Assembly (NCBI GenBank): GCA_964016885.1
Contig: OZ024744.1
Coordinates: forward strand, 119,350,001-119,414,000
DNA: 64,000 nucleotides
Direction: 5' to 3'
Source of the DNA: Eledone cirrhosa
Lineage: Eukaryota
Under the pieces are notes generated by a model, which saw only the letters and a program-made list of their open reading frames with translations, was not told where the DNA came from and did not search any database. Every line of letters begins with the position of its first letter. Position 1 is the first letter of the stretch. Below are positions 1 through 12,421 of the stretch, piece by piece. Both the position numbers and the translations under genes were made by a program.

Positions 1-3000
1 CACTTTACAATGTGTACTGGGTACGTTTTGGTGTGACACCTACATGACTACTTTACAGTGTGTACTTGGCACTTTGTGTCATGACACCTACATGACCACT
101 TTACAGTGTGTACTAGGTACTTCTTGTTGTGACACCTACCTGACCACTTTACAGTGTGTACTGGCTACTTTTTGTCATGACACCTACGTGACCACTTTAC
201 AACGTGTACTGGGTACTTTTTGTGACACCTACATGACCACTTTACAGTGTGACTAGGTACTTGTTGTTGTGACACCTACATGCCCACTTTACAGTGTGTA
301 CTGGGTACTTTTTGTCATGAGACCTACATGCCCACTTTACAGTGTGTACAGGGTACTTTTTGTGGTGACACCTACATGACAGCTTTACAGTGTGTACTGG
401 GTACTTTTTGTCATGACACCTACATGAACACTTTACAGTGTGTACTAGGTACTTGATGTTGTGACACCTACATGACCACTTTACAGTGTGTTCTGGGTAC
501 TTTTTGGTGTGACACCTACATGACTACTTTACAGTGTGTACTTGGCACTTTGTGTCATGACACCTACATGACCACTTTACAGTGTGTACTGGGTACTTTT
601 TGTCAAGACAACTACATGACCACTTTACAGTGTATACTGGGTAATTTTTGTTGTGACACCTACATGACCACTTTACAGTGTGGACTGGGTACTTTTTGTC
701 ATGACACCTACATGACCACTTTACAGTGTGTACTAGGTACTCGATGTTGTGACACCTACATGACCACTTTACAGTGGACTGGGTACTTTTTGTTGTGACA
801 CCTACATGCCCAATTTACGGTGTGTGCTGGGTACTTTTTGTTGTGACTCCTATATGACCACTTTACAGTGTTTACTGGGTACTTTTTGTTGTGACTCCTA
901 CATGACCACTTTACAGTGTGTACTGGATACTTTTTTGTCAAGACAACTACATGACCACTTTACAGTGTGTACTGGGTACTTATTGTTGTGACACCTACAT
1001 GACCACTTTACAGTGTGTACTAGGTACTTGTTGTTGTGACACCTACTTGACCACTTTACAGTGTGCACTGGGTACATTTTGTTGTGACACCTACTTGACC
1101 ACTTTACAGTGTGTACTATGTACTTGTTGTTGTGACACCTACATGACCACTTTACAGTGTGTAATGTGTACTTTTTGTTGTGATACCTACATGACCACTT
1201 TACAGTGTGTACTGAGTACCTGTTGCTGTGACACCTACATGACTACTTTACAGTGTGTACTGGGTACTTTTTGTCATGACACCTACATGACCACTTTACA
1301 GTGTGTACTGGGTAGTTTTTGTTGTGACACCTACTTGACCACTTTACTGTGTGTACTGGGTACTTTTTGTCGTGACACCTACATGACCAACTTACAGTGT
1401 GTAATGAGTACTTTTTGTTGTGACACCTACATGCCCACTTTACAGTGTGTACTGAGTACTTTTTGTTGTGACACCTACATGAGCACTTTACAGTGTGTAC
1501 TGGGTAATTTTTGTTGTGACACCTACATGACCACTTTACAGTGTGTACTAGGTACTTGTTGTTGTGACACCTACATGACCACTTTACAGTGTGTACTGGC
1601 TACTTTTTGTCATGACACCTACGTGACCACTTTACAATGTGTACTGGGTACTTTTTGTGACACCTACATGACCACTTTACAGTGTGACTAGGTACTTGTT
1701 GTTGTGACACCTACATGACCACTTTACAGTGTGTACTGGGTACTTTTTGTCATGACACCTACATGAGCACTTTACAGTGTGTTCTGAGTAATTTTTATTC
1801 ATGACACCTACATGACCACTTTACGGTGTGTACTGGGTACTTTTTGTTGTGACTCCTACATGACCACTTTATAGTGTGTACTAGGTACTTGTTGTTGTGA
1901 CACCTACATGACCACTTTACAGTGTGTACTGGATACTTTTTGTTGTGACACCTTCATGACCACTTTACAGTGTGTACTAGGTACTTGTTGTTGTGACAAC
2001 TACATGACTACTTTACAGTGTGTACTGGGTACATTTTGTCATGACACCTACATGACCACTTTAGAGTGTGTACAGGGTAGTTTTTGTTGTGACACCTAGT
2101 TGACCACTTTACTGTGTGTACTGGGTACTTTTTGTCGTGACACCTACATGACCAACTTACAGTGTGTAATGAGTACTTTTTGTTGTGACACCTACATGCC
2201 CACTTTACAGTGTGTACTGAGTACTTTTTGTTGTGAAACCTACATGAGCACTTTACAGTGTGTACTGGGTACTTTTTGTTGTGACACCTACATGACAGCT
2301 TTACAGTGTGTACTGGGTACTTTTTGTCATGACACCTACATGAACACTTTACAGTGTGTACTAGGTACTTGATGTTGTGACACCTACATGACCACTTTAC
2401 AGTGTGTACTGGGTACTTTTTGGTGTGACACCTACATGACTACTTTACAGTGTGTACTTGGCACTTTGTGTCATGACACCTACATGACCACTTTACAGTG
2501 TGTACTGGGTACTTTTTGTCAAGACAACTACATGACCACTTTACAGTGTACACTGGGTACTTTTTGTTGTGACACCTACATGACCACTTTACAGTGTGGA
2601 CTGGGTACTTTTTGTCATGACACCTACATGACCACTTTACAGTGTGTACTAGGTACTCGATGTTGTGACACCTACATGACCACTTTACAGTGGACTGGGT
2701 ACTTTTTGTTGTGACACCTATATGCCCAATTTACGGTGTGTACTGGGTACTTTTTGTTGTGACTCCTATATGACCACTTTACAGTGTTTACTGGGTACTT
2801 TTTGTTGCGACTCCTACATGACCACTTTACAGTGTGTACTGGATCCTTTTTGTTGTGACACCTACATGACCACTTTACAGTGTGTACTAGGTAATTGTTG
2901 TTGTGACACCTACTTGACCACTTTACAGTGTGTACTGGGTACATTTTGTTGTGACACCTACTTGACCACTTTACAGTGTGTACTAGGTACTCGATGTTGT

Positions 3001-6000
3001 GACACCTACATGACCACTTTACAGTGGACTGGGTACTTTTTGTCAAGACACCTACATGACCACTTTACAGTGGTGTATACTAGGTACTTTTTGTTGTGAC
3101 ACCTACTTGACCACTTTACAGTGTGTACTGGATAGTTTTTTGTCAAGACAACTACATGACCACTTTACAGTGTGTGCTGGGTACTTTTTGTTGTGACACC
3201 TACATGACCACTTTACAGTGTGTACTAGGTACTTGTTGTTGTGACACCTACTTGACCACTTTACAGTGTGTACTGGGTACTTTTTGTTGTGACACCTACT
3301 TGACCACTTTACAGTGTGTACTGGGTACTTTTTGTTGTGACACCTACTTGACCACTTTACAGTGTGTACTAGGTACTTGTTGTTGTGACACCTACATGAC
3401 CACTTTACAGTGTGTACTGGGTACTTTTTGTTGTGACACCTACATGACCACTTTACAGTGTGTACTGGGTACTTTTTGTGACACCTACATGACCACTTTA
3501 CAGTGTGACTAGGTACTAGTTGTTGTGACACCTACATGACCACTTTACAGTGTGTACTGGGTACTTTTTGTTGTGACACCTACATGCCCAATTTACAGTG
3601 TATACTGGGTACGTTTTGTTGTGACTACTATATGACCACTTTACAGTGTGTACTGGGTACTTTTTGTTGTGACTCCTACATGACCACTTTACAGTGTGTA
3701 CTGGGTATTTGTTGTTGTGACACCTACTTGACCACTTTACAGTGTGTACTGGGTACTTTTTGTTGTGTCACCTACTTGACCACTTTACAGTGTGTACTAG
3801 GTACTTGTTGTTGTGACACCTACATGACCACTTTACAGTGTGTACTAGGTACTTTTTGTCATGACACCTACATGACCACTTTACAGTGTGTACTGGGTAC
3901 TTTTTCTCATGACTCCTACATGACCACTTTACAGTGTGTACTGAGTACTTTTTGTCATGACACCTACGTGACCACTTTACAGTATGTACTGCGTACTTTT
4001 TGGTGTGACACCTACATGACCACTTTACAGTGTGTACTGGCTACCTTATGTTGTGACACCTACATGACCACTTTACAGTGAGACTAGTTACTTGTTGTTG
4101 TGACACCTACATGCTCACTTTACAGTGTGTACTGGGTACTTTTTGTTGACTCCTATATGACCACTTTACAGTGTGTACTGGGTACTTTTTGTTGTGACTC
4201 CTACATGACCACTTTACAGTGTGTACTGGATACATTTTGTCAAGACAACTACATGACCACTTTACAGTGTGTACTGTGTACTTTTTGTTGTGACACCTAC
4301 ATGACCACTTTATAGTGTGTACTAGGTACTTGTTGTTGTGACACCTACATGACCACTCTACAGTGTGTACTGGGTACTTTTTGTTGTGACACCTACTTGA
4401 CCACTTTACAGTGTGTACTAGGTACTTGTTGTTGTGACACCTACATGACCACTTTACAGTGTGTACTGGGTAATTTTTGTTGTGACACCTACATGAACAC
4501 TTTACAGTGTGACTAGGTACTTGTTGGTGTGACACCTACATGACCACTTTACAGTGTGTACTAGGTACCTTTTGTTGTGACACCTACATGACCACTTTAC
4601 AGTGTATACTGGGTCCTTTTTCTAATGACTTCTACATGACCACTTTACAGTGTGTACTGGGTACTTTTTGTCGTGACACCTACATGACCAACTTACAGTG
4701 TGTAATGAGTACTTTTTGTTGTGACACCTACATGACTACTTTACAGTGTGTACTGGGTACTTTTTGTTGTCACACCTACATGACCACTTTACAGTGTGTA
4801 CTGGGTACTTTTTGTTGTGACACCTACATGCCCACTTTACAGTGTGTACTGAGTACTTTTTGTTGTGACACCTACATAACCACTTTACACTGTGTACTGG
4901 GTAATTTTAGTTGTGACACCTACATGACCACTTTACAGTGTGTACTGGGTACTTTTTGTCATGACACCTACATGACCACTTTACAGTGTGTACTGGGTAC
5001 TTTTTGGTGTGACACCTACATGACCACTTTACAGTGTGTACTGAGTACTTTTTTTCATGACACCTACATGACCACTTTACAATGTGTACTGGGTACTTTT
5101 CGTGACACCTACATGACCACTTTACAGTGTGACTAGGTACTTGTTGTTGTAACACCTACATGACCACTTTACAGTGTGTACTGGGTACTTTTTGTCATGA
5201 CACCTACATGCGATTTAACAGTGTGTACTGGGTACTTTTTGTTGTGACACCTACATGACAGCTTTACAGTGTGTACTGGGTACTTTTTGTCATGACACCT
5301 ACATGAACACTTTACAGTGTGTACTGGGTACTTTTTGGTGTGACACCTACATGACTACTTTACAGTGTGTCATTGGCACTTTTTGTCATGACACCTACAT
5401 GACCACTTTACAGTGTGTACTGGGTACTTTTTGGTGTGACACCTACATGACTACTTTACAGTGTGTCATTGGCACTTTTTGTCATGACACCTACATGACC
5501 ACTTTACAGTGTGTATGGGTACCTTTTGTCAAGACAACTACATGACCACTTTACAGTGTGTACTGGGTACTTTTTGTTGTGACACCTACATGACCACTTT
5601 ACAGTTTGGACTGGGTACTTTTTGTCATGACACCTACATGACCACTTTACAGTGTGTACTAGGTACTCGATGTTGTGACACCTACATGACCACTTTACAG
5701 TGTGTACTGGGTACTTCTTGTCATGACACCTACATGAACACTTTACAGTGTGACTAGGTACTTGTTGGTGTGACACCTACATGACCACTTTACAGTGTGT
5801 ACTGGGTACTTTTTGTCATGACACCTACATGACCACTTTACAGTGTGTACTGGGTACTTTTTGTCATGACACTTACATGACCACTTTACAGTGTGTACTG
5901 GGTACTTTTTGTCATGACACCTACGTGACCACTTTACAGTATGTACTGCGTACTTTTTGGTGTGACACCTACATGACCACTTTACAGTGTGTACTGGCTA

Positions 6001-9000
6001 TTTTTTGTTGTGACACCTACATGACCACTTTACAGTGAGACTAGTTACTTGTTGTTGTGACACCTACATGCTCACTTTACAGTGTGTACTGGGTACTTTT
6101 TGTCATGACACCCACATGACCACTTCGCAGTGTGTATTGGGTACTTTTTGTTGTGACACCTACATGACTACTTTACAGTGTGTACTGGATACTTTTTGTC
6201 ATAACACCTACATGACCACTTTACAGTGTGTACTGGGTACTTTTTGATGTGACACCTACATGACCACTTTACAGTGTGTACTGGGCACTTTTTGTCATGA
6301 CACCTACATGACCACTTTACAGTGTGTACTGGGTACCTTTTGTTGTGACACCTACATACCCAATTTACAGTGTGTACTGGGTACTTTTTGTTGTGACTCC
6401 TATATGACCACTTTACAGTGTGTACTGGGTACTTTTTGTTGTGACTCCTACATGACCACTTTACAGTGTGTACTGGGTATTTGTTGTTGTGACACCTACT
6501 TGACCACTTTACAGTGTGTACTGGGTACTTTTCGTTGTGACACCTACTTGACCACTTTACAGTGTGTACTAGGTACTTTTTGTCATGACACCTACATGAC
6601 CACTTTACAGTGTGTACTGGGTACTTTTTCTTATGACTCCTACATGACCACTTTACAGTGTGTACTGAGTACTTTTTGTTGTAACACCTATATGACCACT
6701 TTACAGTTTGTACTGGGTACATCTTGTCATGACACCTACATGACCACTTTACAGTGTGGACTAGGTACTTTTTGTCATGACACCTACATGGCCACTTTAC
6801 AGTGTGTACTGGGTTCTTTTTGTCACGACACCTACGTGACCACTTTACAGTATGTACTGGCTACCTTTTGTTGTGACACCTACATGCTCACTTTACAGTG
6901 TGTACTGGGTACTTTTTGTCATGACACCCACATGACCACTTCGCAGTGTGTATTGGGTACTTTTTGTTGTGACACCTACATGACCACTTTACAGTGTGTA
7001 CTGGGCACTTTTTGTCATGACAGCTACATGACCACTTTACAGTGTGTACTGGGTACTTTTTGTCAAGAGAACTACATGACCACTATACAGTGTGACTAGG
7101 TACTTGTTGTTGTGACACCTACATAAACACTTTACAGTGTGTACTGGGTACTTTTTGTCATGACACCTACATGACCACTTTACAGTGTGTACTGGGTACT
7201 TTTTGTCATGACACCTACATGAACACTTTACAGTGTGTACTGGGTACTTTTTGTTGTGACTCCTACATGACCACTTTACAGTGTGTACTGGATACATTTT
7301 GTCAAGACAACTACATGACCACTTTACAGTGTGTACTGGGTACTTTTTGTTGTGACACCTACATGACCACTTTACAGTGTGTACTAGGTACTTGTTGTTG
7401 TGACACCTACTTGACCACTTTACAGTGTGTACTGGGTACTTTTTGTTGTGACACCTACTTGACCACTTTACAGTGTGTACTAGGTACTCCTTGTTGTGAC
7501 ACCTACATGACCACTTTACAGTGTGTACTGGGTACTTTTTGTTGTGACACCTACATGATAACTTTACAGTGTGACTAGGTACTTGTTGGTGTGACACTTA
7601 CATGACCACTTTACAGTGTGTACTAGGTACCTTTTGTTGTGACACCTACATGACCACTTTGCAGTGTATAGTGGGTCCTTTTTCTCATGACTTCTACATG
7701 ACCACTTTACAGTGTGTACTGAGTACTTTTTGTTGTAACACCTATATGACCACTTTACAGTGTGTACTGTGTACATTTTGTCATGACACCTACAGGACCA
7801 CTTTACAGTGTGTACTGGGTACTTTTTGTCATGACACCTACATGACCACTTTAGAATGTGTACTGAGTACCTGTTGCTGTGACACCTACATGACTACTTT
7901 ACTGTGTGTACTGGGTACTTTTTGTCGTGACACCTACATGACCAACTTACAGTGTGTAATGAGTACTTTTTGTTGTGACACCTACATGCCCACTTTACAG
8001 TGTGTACTGAGTACTTTTTGTTGTGACACCTACATGACCACTTTACAGTGTGTACTGGGTACTTTTTGTTGTGAAACCTACATGACCACTTTACAGTGTG
8101 TACTGGGTACTTTTTGTTGTGACACCTACATGATCACTTTACAGTGTGGACTGAGTACTTTTTGTTGTGACACCTACATGACCACTTTACAGTGTGTACT
8201 GGGTACTTTTTGTTGTGACACCTACATGACCACTTTACAGTGTATACTCGGTACTTTTTGTCATGCAACTCCATGACCACTTCACAGTGTGTACTGGGTA
8301 CTTTTTGTCATGACACCTACATGACAGCTTTACAGTGTGTACTGCGTACTTTTTGTCGTAACACGTAGATGACCACTTTACAGTGTGTACTGGGTACTTT
8401 TTGTCATGACACCTACATGACCACTTTACAGTGTGTACTAGGTACTTGTTGTGACACCTACATGACCACTTTACAGTGTGTACTGGGTACTTTTTGATGT
8501 GACACCTACATGACCACTTTTCAGTGTGTACTGGGCACCTTTTGTCATGACACCTACATGACCACTTTACAGTGTGTACTAGCTATTTGTTGTGGTGACA
8601 CCTACATGACCACTTTACAGTGTGTACTGTGTACTTTTCGTCAAGACAACTACATGACCCCTTTACAGTGTGACTAGGTACTTGTTGTTGTGACACCTAC
8701 ATGACCACTTTACAGTGTGTAGTGGGTACTTTTTTTCACGACACCTACATGACCACTTTACAGTGTGTACTGGGTACTTTTTGTCATGACACCTACATAA
8801 CCACTTTACAGTTTGTACTGGGTACTTTTTGTTATGACACCTACATGACCACTTTGCAGCGTGTACTGGGTACTTTTTGTCATGACATCTACATGACCAC
8901 TTTACAGTTTGTACTGGGTACTTTTTGTTATGACACCTACATGACCACTTTACAGTGTGTACGAGGTACTTTTTGTCATGACACGTACATGACCACTTTA

Positions 9001-10776
9001 CAGTGTATACTAGGTACTTGTTGTTGTGACCACTTTACAGTGTGTACTGGGTACTTTTTGTCATGACACCTATATGACCACTTTAGAGTGTGTACTGAGT
9101 ACCTGTTGTTGTGACACCTACATGACTACTTTACAGTGTGTACTGGGTACTTTTTGTTATGACACCTACATGCCCACTTCACAGTATGTACTGAGTACTT
9201 TTTTTGTGACACCTACATGACCACTTTACAGTGTTTACTGGGTACTTTTTGGTGTGACACCTACTTGACCACTTTACTGTGTGTACTGGGTACTTTTTGT
9301 CGTGACACCTACATGACCACTTTACAGTGTGTACTGGGTACTTTTTGTTGTGACACCTACATGACTACATTACAGTGTGTACTGGGTACCTTTTGTTGTG
9401 ACACCTACATGACCACTTTACAGTGTGTACTGGGTACTTTTTGTTGTGACACCTACATGACCACTTTACAGTGTGTACTGGGTACTTTTTGTCATGACAC
9501 CTACATGACCACTTTACAGTGTGTACTGGGTACTTTTTGTTGTGACACCTACATAACCACTTTACAGTGTGTACTGGGTACTTTTCCTCATGACACCTAC
9601 ATGACCACTTTACAGCGTGTACTGGGTACTTTTTGTTGTGACACCTACATGACCACTTTACAGTGTGTACTGGGTACTTTTTGTTGTGACACCTACATGA
9701 CCACTTTACAGTGTGTACTGGGTACTTTTCGTCATGACACCTACATGACCACTTTACAGTGTGTACTGGGTACTTTTTGTTGTGACACCTACATGACCAC
9801 TTTACAGTGTGTACTGGGTACTTTTTGTTGTGACACCTACATGACCACTTTACAGTGTGTACTGGGTACTTTTTTGTGTGACACCTACATGACCACTTTA
9901 CAGTGTGTACTGGGTACTTTTTGTTGTGGCACCTACATGACCACTTTACAGTGTGTACTGGGTACTTTTTTCTGTGACACCTACATGACCACTTTACAGT
10001 GTGTACTGGGTACTTTTTGTTGTGGCACCTACATGACCACTTTACAGTGTGTACTGGTTATTTTTTTCTGTGACACCTACATGATCACTTTACAGTGTGG
10101 ACTGGGTACTTTTTGTTGTGGCACCTACATGACCACTTTACAGTGTGTACTGGGTACTTTTTTCTGTGACACCTACATGACCACTTTACAGTGTGTACTG
10201 GGTACTTTTTGTTGTGGCACCTACATGACCACTTTACAGTGTGTACTGGGTATTTTTTTCTGTGACACCTACATGATCACTTTACAGTGTGGACTGGGTA
10301 CATTTTGTTGTGACACCTACATGACCACTTTACAGTGTGTACTGGGTACTTTTTTCTGTGACACCTACACAAACACTTTACAGTGTGTACTGGGTACTTT
10401 TTTCTGTGACACCTACATAACCACTTTACAGTGTGTACTGGGTACTTTTTGTTGTGGCACCTACATGACCACTTTACAGTGTGTACTGGGTATTTTTTTC
10501 TGTGACACCTACATGACCACTTTACAGTGTGTACTGGGTACTTTTTCTGTGACACCTACATGACCACTTTACAGTGTGTACTGGGTACTTTTTGTTGTGG
10601 CACCTACATGACCACTTTACAGTGTGTACTGGGTATTTTTTCTGTGACACCTACATGATCACTTTACAGTGTGGACTGGGTACATTTTGTTGTGACACCT
10701 ACATGACCACTTTACAGTGTGTACTGGGTACTTTTTTCTGTGACACCTACACAAACACTTTACAGTGTGTACTGGG
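1..10776. repeat. 48-bp tandem satellite, consensus ~GACACCTACATGACCACTTTACAGTGTGTACTGGGTACTTTTTGTTGT (runs off window start)
   Basis: Continuous head-to-tail repeats; the ORF track shows a 16-codon period (MTTLQCVLGTFCCDTY); variant monomers recur in blocks. Confidence 0.98.
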
Positions 10777-11167
10777 GGCATTATACATATATATATATCC
10801 AGAGAGTGTAACTTGGAGTTACTGTAGGTTCACTCGGGTGAGCACTCGATATTTAGGTTCACTTCGGTGTCGAGGTGTAGAGCTATACAGAGTGTATTAT
10901 AGTGAAAAGATAACAAGGACGATTGGTTACTCCTTCATTACATTTATTGGTTGGTGACATGCGTTTTGCCACAGATCAGCTCAAGGTTCGATCTGTATCG
11001 ATCTGATATATATATATAAGCAAAGGGATAGTTATAAGCAAAGGTATATTTAATTTGTTGGTAACTCAACAAATATATTTATAACAGATTAGAAGCACTC
11101 AGCAAGTTTTCTGGAGTATAATATCTATGATATTAATAAATGGAAGCTATCTTTATAAAACCATATT

Positions 11168-11230
11168 TATTCTATTATATATATTTCAAGGCTACCAAAA
11201 CTTTCGTATGTCCTCATCAGATCCTAATAA
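11168..11230 (-). ncRNA. Degenerate type I hammerhead ribozyme
   Basis: Minus strand CUGAUGA-GGACAUACGAAAGUUUUGGUAGCCUU-GAAA-UAUAUA-UA; core intact, stems I and II partly mismatched. Confidence 0.6.
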
Positions 11231-11440
11231 TTATTTAAATCTACCTAGCGTCTAAAAATAACGATTTTTTCAGCCCTACGCTTCAACTTTATTTGCATAT
11301 TCATCAAAATAATTTGAAATATTTGTTATTCCTTTTTTCCTTTCTTCCTCTTTTTTCCTCTATCCTCTCACTATCCAAACACAACTGGAACCGTTAAGGT
11401 CTGATTCCTGGGTATGTCACTATTTATAAAACAAATTTTG

Positions 11441-11491
11441 TATTTTATCTGATGAGAGCGTACCAAAGTTTTGGTACTCTTGAAATATATA
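11441..11491 (+). ncRNA. 5' part of a hammerhead ribozyme (3' part at 12363-12372), interrupted by a Helitron
   Basis: TATTTTAT-CTGATGA-GAGCGTACCAAAGTTTTGGTACTCTT-GAAA-TATATA | TA-ATAGAATA; stem I pairs 8/8 (one G-U) after removing 11492-12362. Confidence 0.75.
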
Positions 11492-12362
11492 TCTATATAT
11501 AAAAAACTGAGGATGTCTGTCTGTGTGTGAGTTTGAACCACCCAACCGACTGTTTTCAAACTTTACACATGTAATACTTATGTTTGAGTGAGTGTTCTGA
11601 GCAAAAAAAAAATTTCAAATTTTCAATGCCCTAGGGACGGCATTAGGCGATTTAGAGATCTCTCTCTATAATTCTTAGTCTTTCTCTTTTTAGATAGATA
11701 CATACATATAACGTCGCACCCTTATAATATTTGTCTGTATGTCTGGCTGTCTGCATTACGTCACTTCCCTGAGGATGTCTGTCTGTGTGTGTGTGTGAGT
11801 TTGAATCCCTAAAACTCGAGAAGTAGCCAACCGACTTTTTACAAACTTTACATGTGTATTACTTATGTTTCAGGGAGTGTTATGCACATAAAAAAAATTC
11901 ATTAGGTGAAAAACTGCGTTTTTTCAGGTTTTTAGGGGTATTTTGAGGCGTTACGTCAGACTGATTTCCTTGAAATTGTAACTATAAATTAGTCAGTCTC
12001 TTCTTCATACCATGAGCAAAGAAAATCCAAATTGTTTATGGACTAGGGTTCGCATTAGGTGAAAAACTTCATATTTTCAGCTTTTTAGAGCTTTTTTTGA
12101 GGCGTTAAGTCTAGCCGATTTTCCCAAAATTTCAAGGCATATTATGCAGATAAAAAAAAAATTCATTTTCTTGTTCCCCTAGGGCCCGCATTAGGTGCAA
12201 ACCTGCATTTTTCCTGCTTCATCGAGGAAAATCTTAAAGATTATCCAGCCATCAGAGTATTCGGTTTATTTTCTTTACATATTGTCGAGGCATGCAGTAG
12301 ATCTGTTGGCGGCCCACGTTCCAAAATACCTTATCCCGTGCAACGCCGGGTACCACTGTTAG
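11492..12362 (+). mobile_element. Non-autonomous Helitron
   Basis: 5' TCTATATATAAA; 3' hairpin CCCGTGCAACGCCGGG followed by ...CTGTTAG (CTAG variant); inserted at A|T without TSD; internal duplications (CTGAGGATGTCTGTCTGTGTG at ~11507 and ~11769; CATTAGGTG motif x3). Confidence 0.8.
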
Positions 12363-12421
12363 TAATAGAATAAATAAGGTTTTATAAATATAGTTTACAT
12401 TTATTTAATATCATTGATATA

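Larger units (their letters stand above)
11121..12420. repeat. Degenerate inverted repeat (PLE pseudo-LTR-like): left arm ~11121-11222, right arm 11448-11491 + 12363-12420, split by a Helitron
   Basis: Reverse complement of 11121-11190 (…GAAATATATATAATAGAATAAATATGGTTTTATAAAGATAG…) matches 11482-11491 joined to 12363-12420. Confidence 0.8.

Noticed and set aside
44-10563. Many Cys-rich ORFs (MTTLQCVLGTFCCDTY repeats, up to 448 aa)
   Set aside because: By-product of a 48-bp, stop-free-in-one-frame monomer; frequent frameshifts and stops, no unique termini or splice context
10940-11005. Possible HHR 3' half on minus strand (GGC-AAAA-CGCAUG-UC-ACCAACC after an ACAGAUC/GAUCUGU stem)
   Set aside because: GAAA is mutated and no CUGANGA or stem I partner is present; too incomplete to call
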